64,000 nt of DNA from Squalus acanthias (taxonomy: Eukaryota). The notes under the pieces were generated by a model. It did no database searches and was not told the DNA's origin. It saw nothing but the letters and a program-made list of their open reading frames with translations. Numbering within the stretch: position 1 is the first letter of the stretch; each line of letters begins with the position of its first letter. The DNA lies in contig CM059432.1 of the NCBI GenBank assembly GCA_030390025.1, positions 30,692,001 through 30,756,000 on the forward strand. The letters are read 5' to 3'. Positions 1 through 13,600 of the stretch are shown here, one piece after another. Both the position numbers and the translations under genes were made by a program.

Positions 1-805
1 AATTTTAAACCTCTTGTCTAATTCAAATAGCCTGCTTATATCTACATCAGCTATACCTTCCAGTATTTGAAATGCGGTGCTGCATGAGGCCATTTCTTAC
101 CTCTTGATGTTCAAGTACAGCGAAGAAGGAGCATGGTGAAAATTAGTTATTAACATCAACCATGAAATAGTGGCTCACACCACTGACTAGATCATCCATG
201 CACATTTTTTTTTGTTAACACTTTAAAAGAAATAATCCTGTACTATCACATTGTATTAACCAATTCACTAAAAATAGTACGTAGAGGATATTAAACCCAT
301 AGGAGTCAAAACAAAGCCTCAAGCCACAATGATGTACCATGGTTACTGCTGCTAGGCTCAGGATACCAATACCGCGGTGGTGATGCCACTGCTACATTAA
401 TGCCCTTGCCCGAGTTTGCTAGGTTAGGGCATTTGCAATATTACAAAATGCTCCCTGCACAGGCCAATGGAAGGATGGGATATACTTAAGGATGCTAGAA
501 AATTTAAAGGGCAGCCACTTAAAAAGTTAAGTAGACACTTGGGGAAGGGGTAAATAATTCTTTCAGCTTTTAAAAAGGCGGAAAATATTTGTCAACCTTT
601 CCAAAGGCAGTGTGGGGAAGAAAGAAGTGTGATGAAGCAAGCAAATTAAGGGGTCCCTGCGTTGGGACCAGAAACATAGTATGTGAGCAGTCTATGGAGC
701 GGCAAAGCCAATGACGACTGTTTGATGGCTTGTAAAGTAAATGAGCTGCTGTATGAAGTGGATGTGAGTAGTTTTAGCCCTGCTTGACTCTTCAGGGGAC
801 TCTCT

Positions 806-1650
806 GGGCTGGATTTTCTGAATGGAGACGTGTTGGAGGTGGGACTGCTGCTTGCCGGGTCACAGTCCTGCCTCCATCATCTTCTGGCCAACCATCGGGA
901 TTTTCTCCTGATTGACCTTGTTAAGCCTACCCTGCGGGCTCAGCAGGCCAATTAGGGGGAAGTCACTGACAGAGCATGTCAACGTCTGACGTGCCATCTG
1001 TCAACATTTCTTGAAAGAAGAAATGTCAGCATTTGACAGCTCTGTGAAGCTGTCAAACACTGACATTCTGTGTAGTTTGATGAGCCCTTGTGTTCAGGAC
1101 TCATCAAACCTTTCTACTTTGTAGAAATCAGATGACTGTTGGTTCGGAGGATCCAACAGCCAGTCTGTGAAATCTACAATGAAGATGTCAGAACTCCGGA
1201 TTCAGAGCGGCTGAAGGCTGTAGGCAGAAACAAAGGTAAGTGAACATTTTCTAACACTTTACACTCACCTCACATACTTACCACTCCACACTTGCACCCA
1301 TCACTCACCTCTACATTGCACTTTCAGACCCTTCCGACCCCCGCAGACCTCCTACTCGACTCCTCCACCCCGGCGGGGTTCTCCGAGGTTAGGAAGCCTG
1401 CACTTAAAAAGGTAAAATGGGACTAATCCTTTTTTCTGCCTGTTAACTACCTGTTAACAGGAAGTTAAAAGGATTTAATCCCTTTCCTGCCTTGAGGAGA
1501 CGGGACCCGGGCCAGGACGGCTTCCCGCCTCCTGGCAAAAGGGCACAAAGGCGGGATGGGGTCGGGCTTGCCAGCCGTCCCCACTTTCTGCAACTTTACC
1601 AGCAGTCCCGCCTCCATACCCACCTCCTCGGGGCTGGCAAAATCCAGCCC
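806..1650. mobile_element. Non-autonomous PIF/Harbinger-type element (MITE)
   Basis: Perfect 12-bp TIRs GGGCTGGATTTT / AAAATCCAGCCC; 3-bp TSD TCT (803-805, 1651-1653); no recognisable coding sequence. Confidence 0.75.
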
Positions 1651-1680
1651 TCTTTCTAAGCTGGCAGTACACCTTGCCTG

Positions 1681-2024
1681 ACACCCGGTGCGGCAGGGGA
1701 GCGGGCAGGTCGGAGGACCTCCTTGTAGGACTGCTCCTGGGCCTGGCCAAGAAGGCCATTAATTGGTCCAGGCAGCGGGCGGTCGAGGGGGTCGTTCGGC
1801 CCGATTGCCTGCCTCTCTTCCGCGGCCATGTTCGCGCCCGGGTGGCCCTGGAGATGGAGCACGCGGTGTCCGCCGGCACGCTTGAGTTTTTCCGCGACCG
1901 GTGGGCGCCGCGGGGACTGGAGTGCATCGTCACCCTGGACAACCAAATTTTAATTTAATTTATTAAGTTTCCTTTAAAGTTTTAATTGATTTACAGTCAT
2001 TTGGTTTTCTGTCCAATCCAAAAG
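1681..2024 (+). mobile_element. 5'-truncated Tx1/L1-clade LINE, ORF2 C-terminus and AT-rich 3' UTR
   Basis: ORF 1674-1958 EDLLVGLLLGLAKKAINWSRQRAVEG...FFRDRWAP resembles the Tx1 ORF2 C-terminus; 15-bp TSD AGTACACCTTGCCTG at 1666-1680 and 2025-2039. Confidence 0.75.
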
Positions 2025-2619
2025 AGTACACCTTGCCTGGTAGGAGCTGGCCAATTTAAGCACCTGAGAACAATTAAGGGAGAAGATGACACACTTTGAG
2101 GAAGCTGGCAAGGTAAGACTACACAGTAATACCATATACCAGATAGATGGTCCAAATTTGCATGCCAAATAATGTTCCTATTAACCTGTTCCACATATAC
2201 TGCTCTTCCATGCCAAGCCCTCACACAACTATACAGCTCTTTTATTGCTTCTTATGCATACCCATAAACGCCTCCCCTGGTGTCAATTATGTGCAGCCTC
2301 TCTTGCAAGGAAGTAGAAAAGGGACATATGCTGGACTGTGATAGAAGATGAGTTTCATACAATTAACCAGGCCAGCAGCCACCTTAAGTGAAGCTATGAA
2401 CATGCAACATGCAGGTACCTTGTGTCAACAATCTGCTTGCCACAGGTCAAATGCTTTGTCGTGGCAACAATACAGGCTGCCTTTTTAAAACCTGGGCACT
2501 CATGCTTTTGGAAAGTACATGACCATTTACCCAAGAAATGGTCATTCACCCTCTATGAGCCACACCAAGCTTAAGGTGAAATCCTGACACGATGCACTGT
2601 GAGGCCACATTGTATAATT

Positions 2620-2842
2620 AAGCAAAAGCACTAAAATAAAAGCAAAATACAGCGGATGCTGGAAATCTGAAATTAAAACAGAAAACACTGGAAACACTCA
2701 GCAGGTCAGGCAGCATCTGTGGAGAGAGAGAAAACAGAGTTAATGTTTCAGGTCGATATTGAACTGAAATGTTAGTTCTGTTTCTCTCTCCACAGTTGCT
2801 GCCTGACCTGCTGTGTATTTCCAACATTTTCTGTTCTTATTT
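2620..2842. mobile_element. Degenerate Penelope family-2 terminal fold-back
   Basis: Left part is the reverse complement of the tail at 31755-31870; right part is an imperfect inverted copy; arms meet near 2758. Confidence 0.7.
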
Positions 2843-2869
2843 TGTATAATTAAGCACTAAATGAGTACC

Positions 2870-3100
2870 TTCCTGAGGCCAACAAATTTCTTCCTTGCGT
2901 GCTCCCAGATTCAGTGCACAAGCAATACAGCGTTGAACCTCTGCCACCTCCACCCAGGCTGCATTGGCACTGCCATTGAGTGCAGGGTGGCCCTTAGCTC
3001 CAGGAAAGACCATAGTTATTTCTGGGAACTCCTGCAGCCCCATCACCAAAGCTGCTTCATTCAGGAACTCTTTGACTGTGGTTCTTTTCGACAGCCATTT
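2870..3100 (-). pseudogene. Decayed Harbinger Myb/SANT-like ORF fragment
   Basis: Minus strand VFPGAKGHP...AAWVEVAE, then after a frameshift ARKKFVGLRK; resembles W...EIA...RKKFNDL of the Myb-like genes at 24731 and 46694. Confidence 0.5.
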
Positions 3101-4160
3101 AAGAGAGAGGAGCAGCACTTTAAGAGTTCCTGTGCCCATAGCTCACCCCCTGACCCGGGTGCACTCCCACTGTGTCGTATGCTGTGCAGGAGAAGCATTG
3201 TGATACTATGTTAATGAGCTGACCTTGCATTATGGTTTAAAATCAGTTCCGTGCAGGACTGGTCAACCCAACTCCTGAACAACAGTGAACCCAGCACCTC
3301 CAGACCATTATTATTTTAAAAAAATTAGCAATATGGAAAAAAAACTACTAATTAAAATACCACAACTAAACAAGCTCTGCAAAAATCATACAAAGCCAGT
3401 GCCACATTAAGAGCTCCATCGTCCATCAAGTGTACCTTGCTCCCATTGCCATTCAGCGCCATTCACAACTCCTCAGATAATGAAGCAGTCCATGCCCGCA
3501 TGCAGCAAGACCTGGACGACATTCAGGCTTAAGCTGATAAGTGGCAGGTAACTACCACCCCTTGACATTCAACGGCATTAGCATCGCCGAATCCCCCACC
3601 ATCAACATCCTGGGGGGCACTATTGACCAGAACCTTAACTAGACCAGCCACATTAAATACTGTGGCAACAAGGGCAGGTCAGAGGCTGGCAATTCTGCAG
3701 CGAGTGTCTCACCTCCTGACTCCCCAAAGCCTTTCCACCATCTACAAGGCACAAGTCAGGAGTGTGATGGAATACTCTCCACTTGTCTGGATGAGTGCAG
3801 TTCCAACAACACTCAAGAAGCTCAACACCATTCAAGACAAAGCAGCCCGCTTGATTGGCACCCCATCCACCACCTTAAACATTCAATCCCTCCACCACTG
3901 TCGGACAGTGGCTGCAGTGTGTACCATCTACAAGATTCACTGCAGTAACTCGCCAAGGCTTCTTCGGCAGCACCTCCCAAACCCATGACCTCTACCACCT
4001 AGAAGGACAAGGGCAGGAAGCGCATGGGAACACCATCACCTCCAAGTGCCCCTCCAAGTCACACAGCATCCTGACTTGGAAGTATATAGCCGTTCCTTCA
4101 TCGTCGCTGGGTCAAAATCCTGGAACTCCCTCCCTAACAGCACTGTGGGAGTACCTTCAC

Positions 4161-7100
4161 CATAGAAACATAGAAGATAGGAGCAGGAGTAGGCCATTCG
4201 ACCCCTCGAGCCTGTTCCGCCATTTAATGAGATCATGGCTGATCATCCAAATTCAGTACGCTGTCCCTGCTTTCTCCCCATATCCCTTGATCCCTTTAGC
4301 CTTAAGAAATATATCTAACTCCTTCTTGAATATATTTAATGAATTGGCCTCAACTGCCTTCTGTGGCAGAGAATTCCACAGGTTCACCACTCTCTGGGTG
4401 AGAAAATTCTTCCTCATCTCAGTCCGAAATGGCTCACCCCTTATCCCCAGACTGTGACCTCTGGTTCAGGACTCCCCCACCATCGGGAACATCCTCCTGC
4501 ATCTAGTCTGTCTAGTCCTGTTAGAATTTTATAAGTTTCAATGAGATCCCCTCTCATTCTTCTAAACTCTAGGGAATATAAGCCTAATCGACCCAATCTC
4601 TCTTCATACGTTATTCCTGCCATCCCAGGTATCAATCTGGTGAATCTTCGCTGCACTCCCTACATGGCAAGAACATCCTTCCTCAGATAAGGCAACCAAA
4701 ACTGCACACAATACTCAAGGTGTGGTCTCACCAAGGCCCTGTACAACTGCAGCAAGACATCTGTGCTCCTGTACTCGAATTCTCTCGCTATGAAGGCCAA
4801 CATACCATTTGCCTTCTTAACCGCCTGCTGCACCTGCATGCTTACCTTCAGCGACTGGTGCACAAGGACACCCAGGTCTCGTTGCACTTCCCCATTTTCC
4901 CAATCTATTGCCGTTCAGATAATAATCTGTCTTCCTGTTTTTGCCGCCAAAGTGGATAATCTCGCATTTATCCATATTATACTGCATCTGCCATGCATCT
5001 GCCCAATCACCCAACCTGTCCAAATCATACTGGAGTTTCTCTGCATCCTCCTCACAGCACACACGCCCACCCAGCTTTGTGTCGTCTGTAAACTTGAAGA
5101 TATTGGCCCAGAAATTAGACTTCGATGGTTGCCGCGGGGGTAAGGATCCCCCGCGATATCGCACTCCACGCCTGCCTTTATGGTTCGGGCCCACACGAAC
5201 TTCTGCTCCTGGGCCTCTCCCTGGTGCCGACGCGCAGTGTTTGCGTGTCCCAGAGGCGCAGTTAGTTCGATGCGACCTCTGGGATCATGTGGGCCAGTTA
5301 GAGCCAATGGCAGCACACCATCTTTCATTCATAGTTTTGACAGAAGAACTGTCAAAACTATGAATACAACTTGCCCCCAAAAGAACAGCTAAACCTCAAT
5401 TAAATTAAAAAAAACATCACATTAATAAAATAACTATAGTTAAATAAATTAACCACTTTAAACAAAAATCTAAATTTTTGACAAAATTTTAATTCTTATT
5501 AAAAGTTATAAAAATAAACTTACCTTTCTTTAAAGTCTCTAAAAAAGATAAACCTGTTGAAAAAAATGTAAAATAATACTTAATTAACTACTTACCTTGT
5601 TAAAAGGGGGTCTTACGCCTCCTTTTTTCATGTGTAAAATCTTCAATACTTACCCTCGCGTTCAAACCTGAAAAAAAAACCTAAGTGTGCTGCGTGCGCA
5701 CAGCCTGTAGTGCACACGCGGTTCACTTAGGAACCACCCCCTTCGCAATATCGGAAGTGCCGGTTTCCCGCGCATGCGCAGTGCATGCAGGAAACCGGCA
5801 CTTCGGGACCGAATACGGGTGAGTACACAGTGCGTACTCTCCCGTATTCGACCGAATTTCTGGGCCATTACATCTAGTTCCCTCGTCTAGATCATTAATA
5901 TATATTGTGAATAGCTGGGGTCCTAGCACCGATCCCTGCGGTACCCCACTAGTCACTGCCTGCCATTCGGAAAAAGACCCATTTATTCCAACTCTTTGCT
6001 TCCTGTCTGCCAACCAGTTCTCTATCCAAGTCAGTACCTTACCCCCAATCCCATGTGCTTTAACTTTGCACGCTAATCTCTTATGCGGGACCTTATCAAA
6101 AGCCTTCTGAAAGTCCAAATACACCACATCCACTGGTTCTCCCTTATCTATTCTACCAGTTACATCCTCAAAAAATTCCAGTAGATTAGTCAAGCATGAT
6201 TTACCTTTTGTAAATCCATGTTGACTTTGTCCGATCCTGTCACTGTTTTCCAAGTGCTCTGCTATTACATCTTTTATAATGGACTCTAGCATTTTCCCCA
6301 CTACCGATGTCAGGCTTACCGGTCTATAATTCCCCGTTTTCTCTCTACCACCTTTTTTAAATAGTGGGGTTACATTAGCTACCCTCCAATCCATGGGAAC
6401 TGTTCCAGAGTCTATAGAATTTTGGAAGATGACCAGCAATACATCTACTATTTCTAGGGCCACTTCCTTAAGTACCCTAGGATGTAGATTATCAGGCCCT
6501 GGGGATTTATCGGCCTTCAATCCCTTCAATTTCCCTAACATCATTTCCCTACAAATACTGATTTCATTCAATTCCTCCCTCTCATTAGACCCTATGTTCC
6601 CCGACATCTCTGGGAGGTTATTTGTGTCCTCCTTTGTGAAGAAAGAACCAAAGTATGTATTTAATTGGTCAGCCATTTCTTTGTTCCCCATTATAAATTC
6701 CCCTGATTCTGACTGCAAGGGACCTATGCTTGACTTCACCAATTTTTTTTTCTTCACATATCTATAGAAACTTTTACAGTCAGTTTTTATGTTCCCTGAA
6801 AGCTTACTCTCATATTCTATTTTACCCCTCTTAATTAATCCCTTTGTCCTCCTTTGCTGAATCCTAAATTGGTCCCAATCCTCAGGTTTGCTGCTTTTTC
6901 TGGCCAATTTATATGTCCTCTCCTTGGATCTTATGCTATCCCTAATTTCCCTTGTTAGAAACGGTTGAGTCACCTTTTTTGTTTTATTTTTATGCCAAAC
7001 AGGGATGAACAAATTCTGTAGTTCATCCATGTGATCTTTAAATGTTTGCCATTGCCTATCCACCGTCAACCCTTTAAGTAATGCTCCTCAATCCATCCTA

Positions 7101-7390
7101 GCCAACTCGCGCCTCATACCATCGTAGTTTCCTTTATTTAAATTCAGGACCCTAGTCTCTGAGTCAACTACTTCACTCTCCATCTTAATGAAGAATTCAT
7201 ATTATGATCGCTCCTCACCAAGGGGCCTCGCACAACAAGATTGCTAATTAATCCTTTCTCATTACATAATACCCAGTCTAAGTTGGCCTGATCTCTAGTT
7301 GGTTCCTCGACATATTGGTCCAGGAAACCATCCCGTATACTCTCTAGGAATTCCTCCTCCACAGTATTGTTACTAATTTAGTTAGCCCAA
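4161..7390 (-). mobile_element. 5'-truncated CR1 LINE (ORF2 endonuclease end and RT), interrupted by a MITE
   Basis: ORF 5723-7069 with [35 protein letters not shown]-terminal RRNFFTQRVVNLWNSLP-type motif; TTTCTATG-type tail; TCAC repeated at both junctions. Confidence 0.95.
5105..5866. mobile_element. Harbinger-type MITE, ~750-bp family, copy 1
   Basis: TIRs GGCCCAGAAATT / AATTTCTGGGCC; TSD ATT; the CR1 sequence rejoins when it is removed. Confidence 0.9.
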
Positions 7391-8195
7391 TCACTACACG
7401 GACTGCTGCGGTTCAAGAAGGCAGCTCACCACCACCTTCTCAAGGGCAACTAGGGACGGGCAATAAATGCTGGCCTTGCCAGCGATGCCCAGATCCCATG
7501 AACGAATAAATAAATAATTCCAAATGGGTATACAAGGAAAAGAGGGAACCAAGGTCAAATCACATGGAATTGTGCATGATGCTTGAAATCTGGGGCCTTA
7601 ATGAGGCTGAGGTGAAAATGGTTGTAAGTACTAGTGCTGTGAATTTCTTTGGGGCTTCTCCCGCTCTACTGCCATAACTTTAGCGTATCTTCTGCATAAG
7701 TGTGTGCAAAATAGGGGGGGTAGATTTTCACCTGTGCCCATTTGTGCAGAGGCAGGGCGTGCCTGAACCAAAAGGCCCGAGGATCACCAGAAATCAGCCC
7801 TCAGGCCTGATCTACATATTTTAGAAACATCAATTTCAGGCCGCATGCCCTCAGGTAAGTTCTGACAGGAGGTTTGGAGCGAGTGACGGAGGGGCCGATG
7901 CGAGGTATGTGGAGTCGGAGAGTTACTCCTGCTCCTCCTGGCTCCACAGAAAGATATTTTTCAAAAAAAATTATAAACAAACTTACATTTAGTTGGCAGC
8001 TGCAGGGGCCACTTAGGAATCCTGACCGGGGCAGGCCTGATGCCTGCATGATAACAAATTTTTTGAGGTGTCCTTTAACAGGCATTACATCCCTTGTTAA
8101 CATAGTCAGAAGGTCATGGGTTCAAGTCCAACTCAAGAGATTTGAGGGCATAATCTAAGCTTAAACTCTGGTATACTACTGAGGGAATACTGCAT

Positions 8196-8733
8196 TATCT
8201 GAGGAAGGATGTTCTTGCCATGGAGGGAGTGCAGCGAAGATTCACCAGACTGATACCTGGGATGGCAGGAATGACGTATGAGGAGAGATTGGGTCGATTG
8301 GGCTTATACTCACTGGAGTTTAGAAGAATGAGAGGGGATCTCATTGAAACTTATAAAATTCTAACAGGACTAGACAGACTAGATGCAGGAAGGATGTTCC
8401 CGATGGCTGGGGAGTCCAGAACCAGGGGTCACAGTCTAAGGATAAGGGGTGAGCCATTTAGGACAGAGATGAGGAGGAATTTCTTCACCCAGAGAGTGGT
8501 GAACCTGTGGAATTCTCTACCACAAAAGGCAGTAGAGGCCAATTCATTAAATATATTCAAGAAGGAGTTAGATATATTTCTTAAAGCCAAAGGGATCAAG
8601 GGATATGGAGAGAAGGCAGGGACAGGGTACTGAATTTGGATGATCAGCCATGATCGCATTGAATGGCGGAGCAGGTTCGAGGGGCTGAATGGCCTGCTCC
8701 TGCTCCTATCTTCTATGATTCTATGTTTCCATG
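8196..8733 (+). mobile_element. CR1 LINE 3' end
   Basis: ORF 8220-8633 [14 protein letters not shown]...KGYGEKAGTGY and TTCTATG-type tail. Confidence 0.95.
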
Positions 8734-8979
8734 TATTGTCGGAGCTGCTGTCTTTCTGGATGAGATGTTAAAGCGAGGCCCCGTCTGCCCTCTCAGGTGG
8801 ACTTACAAGATCCCATGGCACGATTTCAAAGAAGAGCAGGGGAATTCTCCCCGGTGTCCTGGCCAATATTTATCCCTCAACCAACATCAATAGGAAACAG
8901 ATTATTTGGTCATTATCACATTGCTGTTTTAGGGACCTTGCTGTGCGTAAATTGGCTACCGCTTTTCCTACATTACAAC

Positions 8980-10416
8980 AACAACAACATCTTGTATTTA
9001 TATAGCGCCTTTAACATAGCAAACCGTCCCAAGGCTCTTCACAGAAGTGTTATAAAATAAAAAAATTGACACTGAGCCACATAAGGAGAAATTAGGGCAG
9101 ATGACCAAAAGCTTGGTCAAAGAGGTAGGTTTTAAGGAGTGTCTTAAAGGAGGAAAGAGAGGTAGAGAGGCGGAAAGGTTTAGGCAGGCAGTTCCAGAGC
9201 TTCGGGCCTAGGCAACAGAAGGCACGGCCACCAATGGTTGAGTGATTATAATCAGGCATGCTCAAGAGGGCAGAATTAGAGGAGCGCAGATATCTTGGGG
9301 GGTTGTGGGGCTGGAGGAGATTACAGAGATAGGGAGGGGCAAGGCCATGGAGGGATTTGAAAACAAGGATGAAAATTTTAAAGTTGAGGCATTGCTTAAC
9401 CGGGAGCCAATGTAGGTCAGCAAGCACAGGGGTGATGGGTGAATGGGACTTGTTGCGAGTTAGGACAAGAGCAGTCATGTTTTGGATGACCTCAAGCTTA
9501 CGTAGGGTAGAATGTGGGATGAAAGCCAGGAGTGCGTTGGAATAGTCAAGTCTACAGGTAAGAAAGGCATGGATGAGGGTTTCAGCAGCAGATGGACTGA
9601 GGCAGGGGCGGAGACGGGCGATGTTACGGAGGTGGAAAAAGGCAGTCTTAGTTATGCTGCGGATATGAGGTCAGAAGCTCATTTGAGGGTCAAATATGAC
9701 ACCACGGTTGCGAACAGTCTGGTTCAGCCTCAGACAGATGCTAGGGAGAGGGATGGAGTTGTTGGCTAGGGAACGGAGTTTGTGGCGGGGACCAAAGATA
9801 GTGGCTTCGGTCTTCCCAATATTTAATTGGAGAAAATTTCTGCTCATCCAGTACTGGATGTCGGACAAGCAGTCTGACAATTTAGAGACCGTGGAGGAGT
9901 CGAAAGAAGTGGTAGTGAGATAGAGCTGGGTGTCGTCAGCGTACATGTGGAAACTGACGCTGTGTTTTTGGATGATGTCGCCAAGGGGCAGCATGTAGCT
10001 GAGAAATAGGAGGGGGCCAAGGATAGATCCTTGGGGGACACCAGAGGTAATGATGCGGGAGCGGGAAGAGAAGCCGTTGCAGGTGATTCTCTGGTTACGA
10101 TTAGGTAGATAAGAATGGAACCAGGCGAGTGCAGTCCCACCCAGCTGGACGACGGTGGAGAGGCGTTTGAGAAGGATGGAGTGGTCAACCATGTCAAAGG
10201 CTGCAGACAGGTCGAGAAGGACGAGGAAGGATAGTTTACCTTTGTCACAGTCACAAAGGATATCATTTGTGTCTTTGATGAGAGCCGTTTCGGTACTGTG
10301 GCAGGGGCGGAAACCTAATTAGAGGGGTTCAAACATGGATATCCGGGAAATATGGGCACAGATTTGATAGGCGATAACACGTTCAAGGACTTTCTAGAGG
10401 GAAGGGAGATTGGAGA
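8980..10416 (-). mobile_element. 5'-truncated L2 LINE
   Basis: GVPQGSILGPLLF, HMYADDTQLY, LQLNIGKTE, PITPVLADLHWLPV, FKTLLKTYLF; (TTG)n tail. Confidence 0.92.
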
Positions 10417-11054
10417 TTATAACAGTGACTACACTTCAAAAGTACTTCATTGGCTGGAAAGCATTTTAGGACGGCCTGAGGTCGTGAAAGGCACTATATA
10501 AATGCAAGTTCCTTTTTGAGATAGAAATATACATTGTATTCCAAGCTCGAGGCTTAGCTGAATGTATGAACTGCATGAGTTCTTCCATCACAGTTTATGA
10601 CAACATATTGTCTTTCCTTTCCTTAGTTTTAAAGTTATATCATATGCCTTGCAGGCATTCAGTCAGTTTCAGTTAATCTTTGTGCAGTTTACTTGCTTTC
10701 ACTAAAGTTTGAGGCTATATATATAAGTTATAACTGTGCCAGAAATCTTCGTAACCCATGTGGCTTAAGCGAATGTTGCAATTGACGACACTCTCTTACT
10801 TAAAATAAATCACCACACATACGAGTTAAGTTTAAGAGTCAATATATTCCTGGACGTTGCCAGGATATGAGAGTACTGAGTATATAGAGCCGATTTTAAC
10901 TTGGGCTGGGAATCGAGGGGCTGAAGCTGCAGCGGACCATTTGCAACCACCACCCCCACCCCCCCCCGTCGCCCCCGAGCATGAAACCTTGGTGATTTTA
11001 AATCCCAGGCCTCATTTACAAGCCCCGACTAAGATGCCTGCCCAAAGCCCAACA

Positions 11055-11302
11055 TTCAGGAATGAATTCAGGAAGCAAATCTTCACGCAAAAGGGTAGTT
11101 GAAATCTGCACTCCCTCACAATGCTGGATCAATTGAAAATTTAAAAACTGAGATTGATAGATTTTTGTTATGTAAGGTTATCAAGGGATATGAAGCAAAG
11201 GCGGGTAACTGGAGTTGAGGTACAGGTCAGCCATGATCTAGTTGAATGGCGGAATAGGCTTGAGGGGCTGAATGGCCGACTTCTGTTCTGATGCTCCTAT
11301 GT
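11055..11302 (+). mobile_element. Old CR1 3' end fragment
   Basis: Similar to the CR1 3' UTR (CAGCCATGATCT...GAGGGGCTGAATGGCC). Confidence 0.75.
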
Positions 11303-11709
11303 CAAACAAGAGCACTACCTCTGTAGCTCGTATTGAGGAGCTTTAAGCACAGTGATGGGCTTATGTCCATGGCAGGCACCCAGCTGACCAAAAGCAATGG
11401 GGAAAAAAATAGATAAAAAGAATGCGAAGATTCCATGCATTTGTCGGAGCAGGACTGAGGGCTGGAAAGTAAACTGTCTGTCAGCCCCTGCCCAAGCACA
11501 AACTTTCCACTGAGTGTCAAGGTCAAAATGAAATTCCCAGCATACTTTTTTCCAACCAGTTCTTGGCACAAAGTCAATGCTGTTTGAAAGAATCCATATT
11601 TTAAGCTGCAGGGTGCAGTGTATAAAAGGTAATCTGCTCATTGATTGAGGGAGGGAATTTGTTTAATTGATATGTTGACGATTCTTCGATCACATGCCAG
11701 AGACAAAAT

Positions 11710-12459
11710 GGCCTAGAAATTCGATTCGGAGGCTTGCCGCGGGGGTAAGGATCGCGCGCGATATCACCCACCGCGCCGGCCGTTGTGTTTTGGGCCCACA
11801 GGAACTTCGGGTCCCAAGAACCGGCGCGCAGTGCTTGCGTATTCCAGGGGCGCAGTTAGTGCGATGCGACCCCTGGGATCACGTGGGCCATGGAGAGCCA
11901 ATGGCAGCAGACCGTCTTTCATTCATAGATTTGACAGACCTGTCAAATCTGTGAATTGAAATCGGCCCCAAAAGAACAGCTAAACCTCAAATAATTTTTT
12001 TTTAAAACCATCACATTAATAAAATAACTATAGTTAAATAAATTAACCACTTTAAACAAAAATTTAAATTTTTGAAAAAATTAAAATACTTTTTAAAAGT
12101 TATAAAAATAAACTTACCTTTCTTTAAAGTCTCTAAAAAAGATAAACCTGTTGAAAAAAAATTAAAATTATACTTAATTAACTACTTACCTTGTTCAAAA
12201 GGGGTCTTACGCCTCCTTTTTACTTGCGTAGAATCTTCCATACTTACCCTCGCGTTGAAACCTGAAAAACAACCTAAGTGTGCTGCGTGCGCGCAGCCTC
12301 TAGTGTGCACGCGGTTCACCTAGGAACCGCCCCCTTCGCCATACCGGAAGTGCCGGTTTCCCACACATGCGCAGTGCATGCAGGAAACCGGCACTTCGGG
12401 AACGAATACGGGTGAGTACGCACTGAGTACTCACCCGAGAACGGCCAAATTTTTGGGCC
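11710..12459. mobile_element. Harbinger-type MITE, ~750-bp family, copy 2
   Basis: TIRs GGCCTAGAAATT / AATTTTTGGGCC; TSD AAT; colinear with 5105-5866. Confidence 0.9.
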
Positions 12460-12759
12460 AATAATTTTTCATGCACTGACCAGGCTTTTGTCCTGCAGAA
12501 AAATTAATCACAATCCGGTCACTGGTGCAGATGATCTATCAGTACAAGTGGGACAGATAATCAGACACCAGCCCACAAATAACCACCCTCTTATTGCAGC
12601 TGCCAGTCAAAGGACTTGAATGATAAATAACCCTATTGTTTGTACAGGTCAAAGCCTGTGGCTAACTGACCTGCCCAGTGTGGCGCTGAGCTATATAAGC
12701 CAATTTCAAACCCTGCTTCATACTGAATGCAAACAGTATCAGTAGATGTCTTTTTCTTC

Positions 12760-13600
12760 TGTTAGTTGGTAATACTCTCCACTGAGTCAGAACTTTGGAA
12801 GTTCAAACCCCACTCCAGGATGTAAGTACATAATCTAGGCTGACACTACAGTATTGAGGGACTGCTGCATTGCCAGATGTTCAACTTGGCGGCATTGGTC
12901 TGTTCAGGGGCTGTTAAAAATCATACAGCACTATTCAAACAAGAAAAACTTGCATTTATATAGCGCTTTTCACGACATCCCAAAGCGCTTTACAGCCAAG
13001 TACTTTTGAAGTGTCGTCACTGTTGTAATGTAGAAAACACAGCAGCCAATTTTCACATAGCAAGCTCCCACAAACAGCAATATGATAATGACCAGATGTT
13101 CTGCTTTTTTTTTAAGTGATGTTGTTTTATTGGTCAGGACAACAGGGAGAACTTCCCTGCTCTATTTTGAATTGTGCTATATTCATATTCCTCAGTGTGC
13201 AGATAGGGAGTCAGTTTAATGCCTCATATGAAAGACAGCACCTCTGTACTGCACTGGAGTATTAGCCTAGATTTTGAGCTCATCTCTCTGGAGTTGGTAC
13301 TTGAACCCACAACATTCTGACTCAGAGACAAGAATACTACCACTGAGCCATAGCTGACACCTAAAGCACAGCGTCTAGTTCTCCTGGTGTCTAGCTAATG
13401 CTCTTCCCTCAACAAACACTATCAAAAATAGATTAACTGGTCATTCATCTTGTTGATTTTTGGGAAACTTGGTGTGCATAGAATGGTTGCCACTTTGTTT
13501 GACTATATTGCAAAAATTACTGCACTTCAAATTATTTGTACGTGAAGCACTTTGGAACCTCCTGACAGAAATTATAATATGTGCCAAAAATGTAATTTCT
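12760..13600. mobile_element. Two nested Deu-domain SINEs (plus copy split by a minus copy at ~12941-13362)
   Basis: B-box GTTCAAACCC, Deu core and L2-type tail present on both strands. Confidence 0.7.

Larger units (their letters stand above)
3455..7517 (+). mobile_element. 3' part of the tRNA-headed LINE family, split by a CR1 insertion (3455-4160 and 7391-7517)
   Basis: LSTIYKAQVRSVMEY...TIQDKAARLIG; same 3' end (GGTTCAAGAAGG...AATAAATGCTGGC...A-rich tail) as 53251-54297 and 59065-62190. Confidence 0.85.
8103..10515 (+). mobile_element. Deu-domain tRNA SINE (SacSINE1/AmnSINE1-like), split by CR1 and L2 insertions
   Basis: Head ~8103-8195, core ~8734-8979 (GATGAGATGTTAAA...GATCCCATGGCAC...CCTGGCCAATATTTATCCCTCAA), tail ~10417-10515; colinear with intact copies. 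Confidence 0.8.

Noticed and set aside
90..150. Minus-strand splice donor (GAG|GTAAG) near the window start
   Set aside because: No matching acceptor or sustained open frame upstream
1110..1242. Exon-like segment (TTTGTAG ... AAG|GTAAGT)
   Set aside because: Stops in all three frames, and it lies inside the 806-1650 MITE
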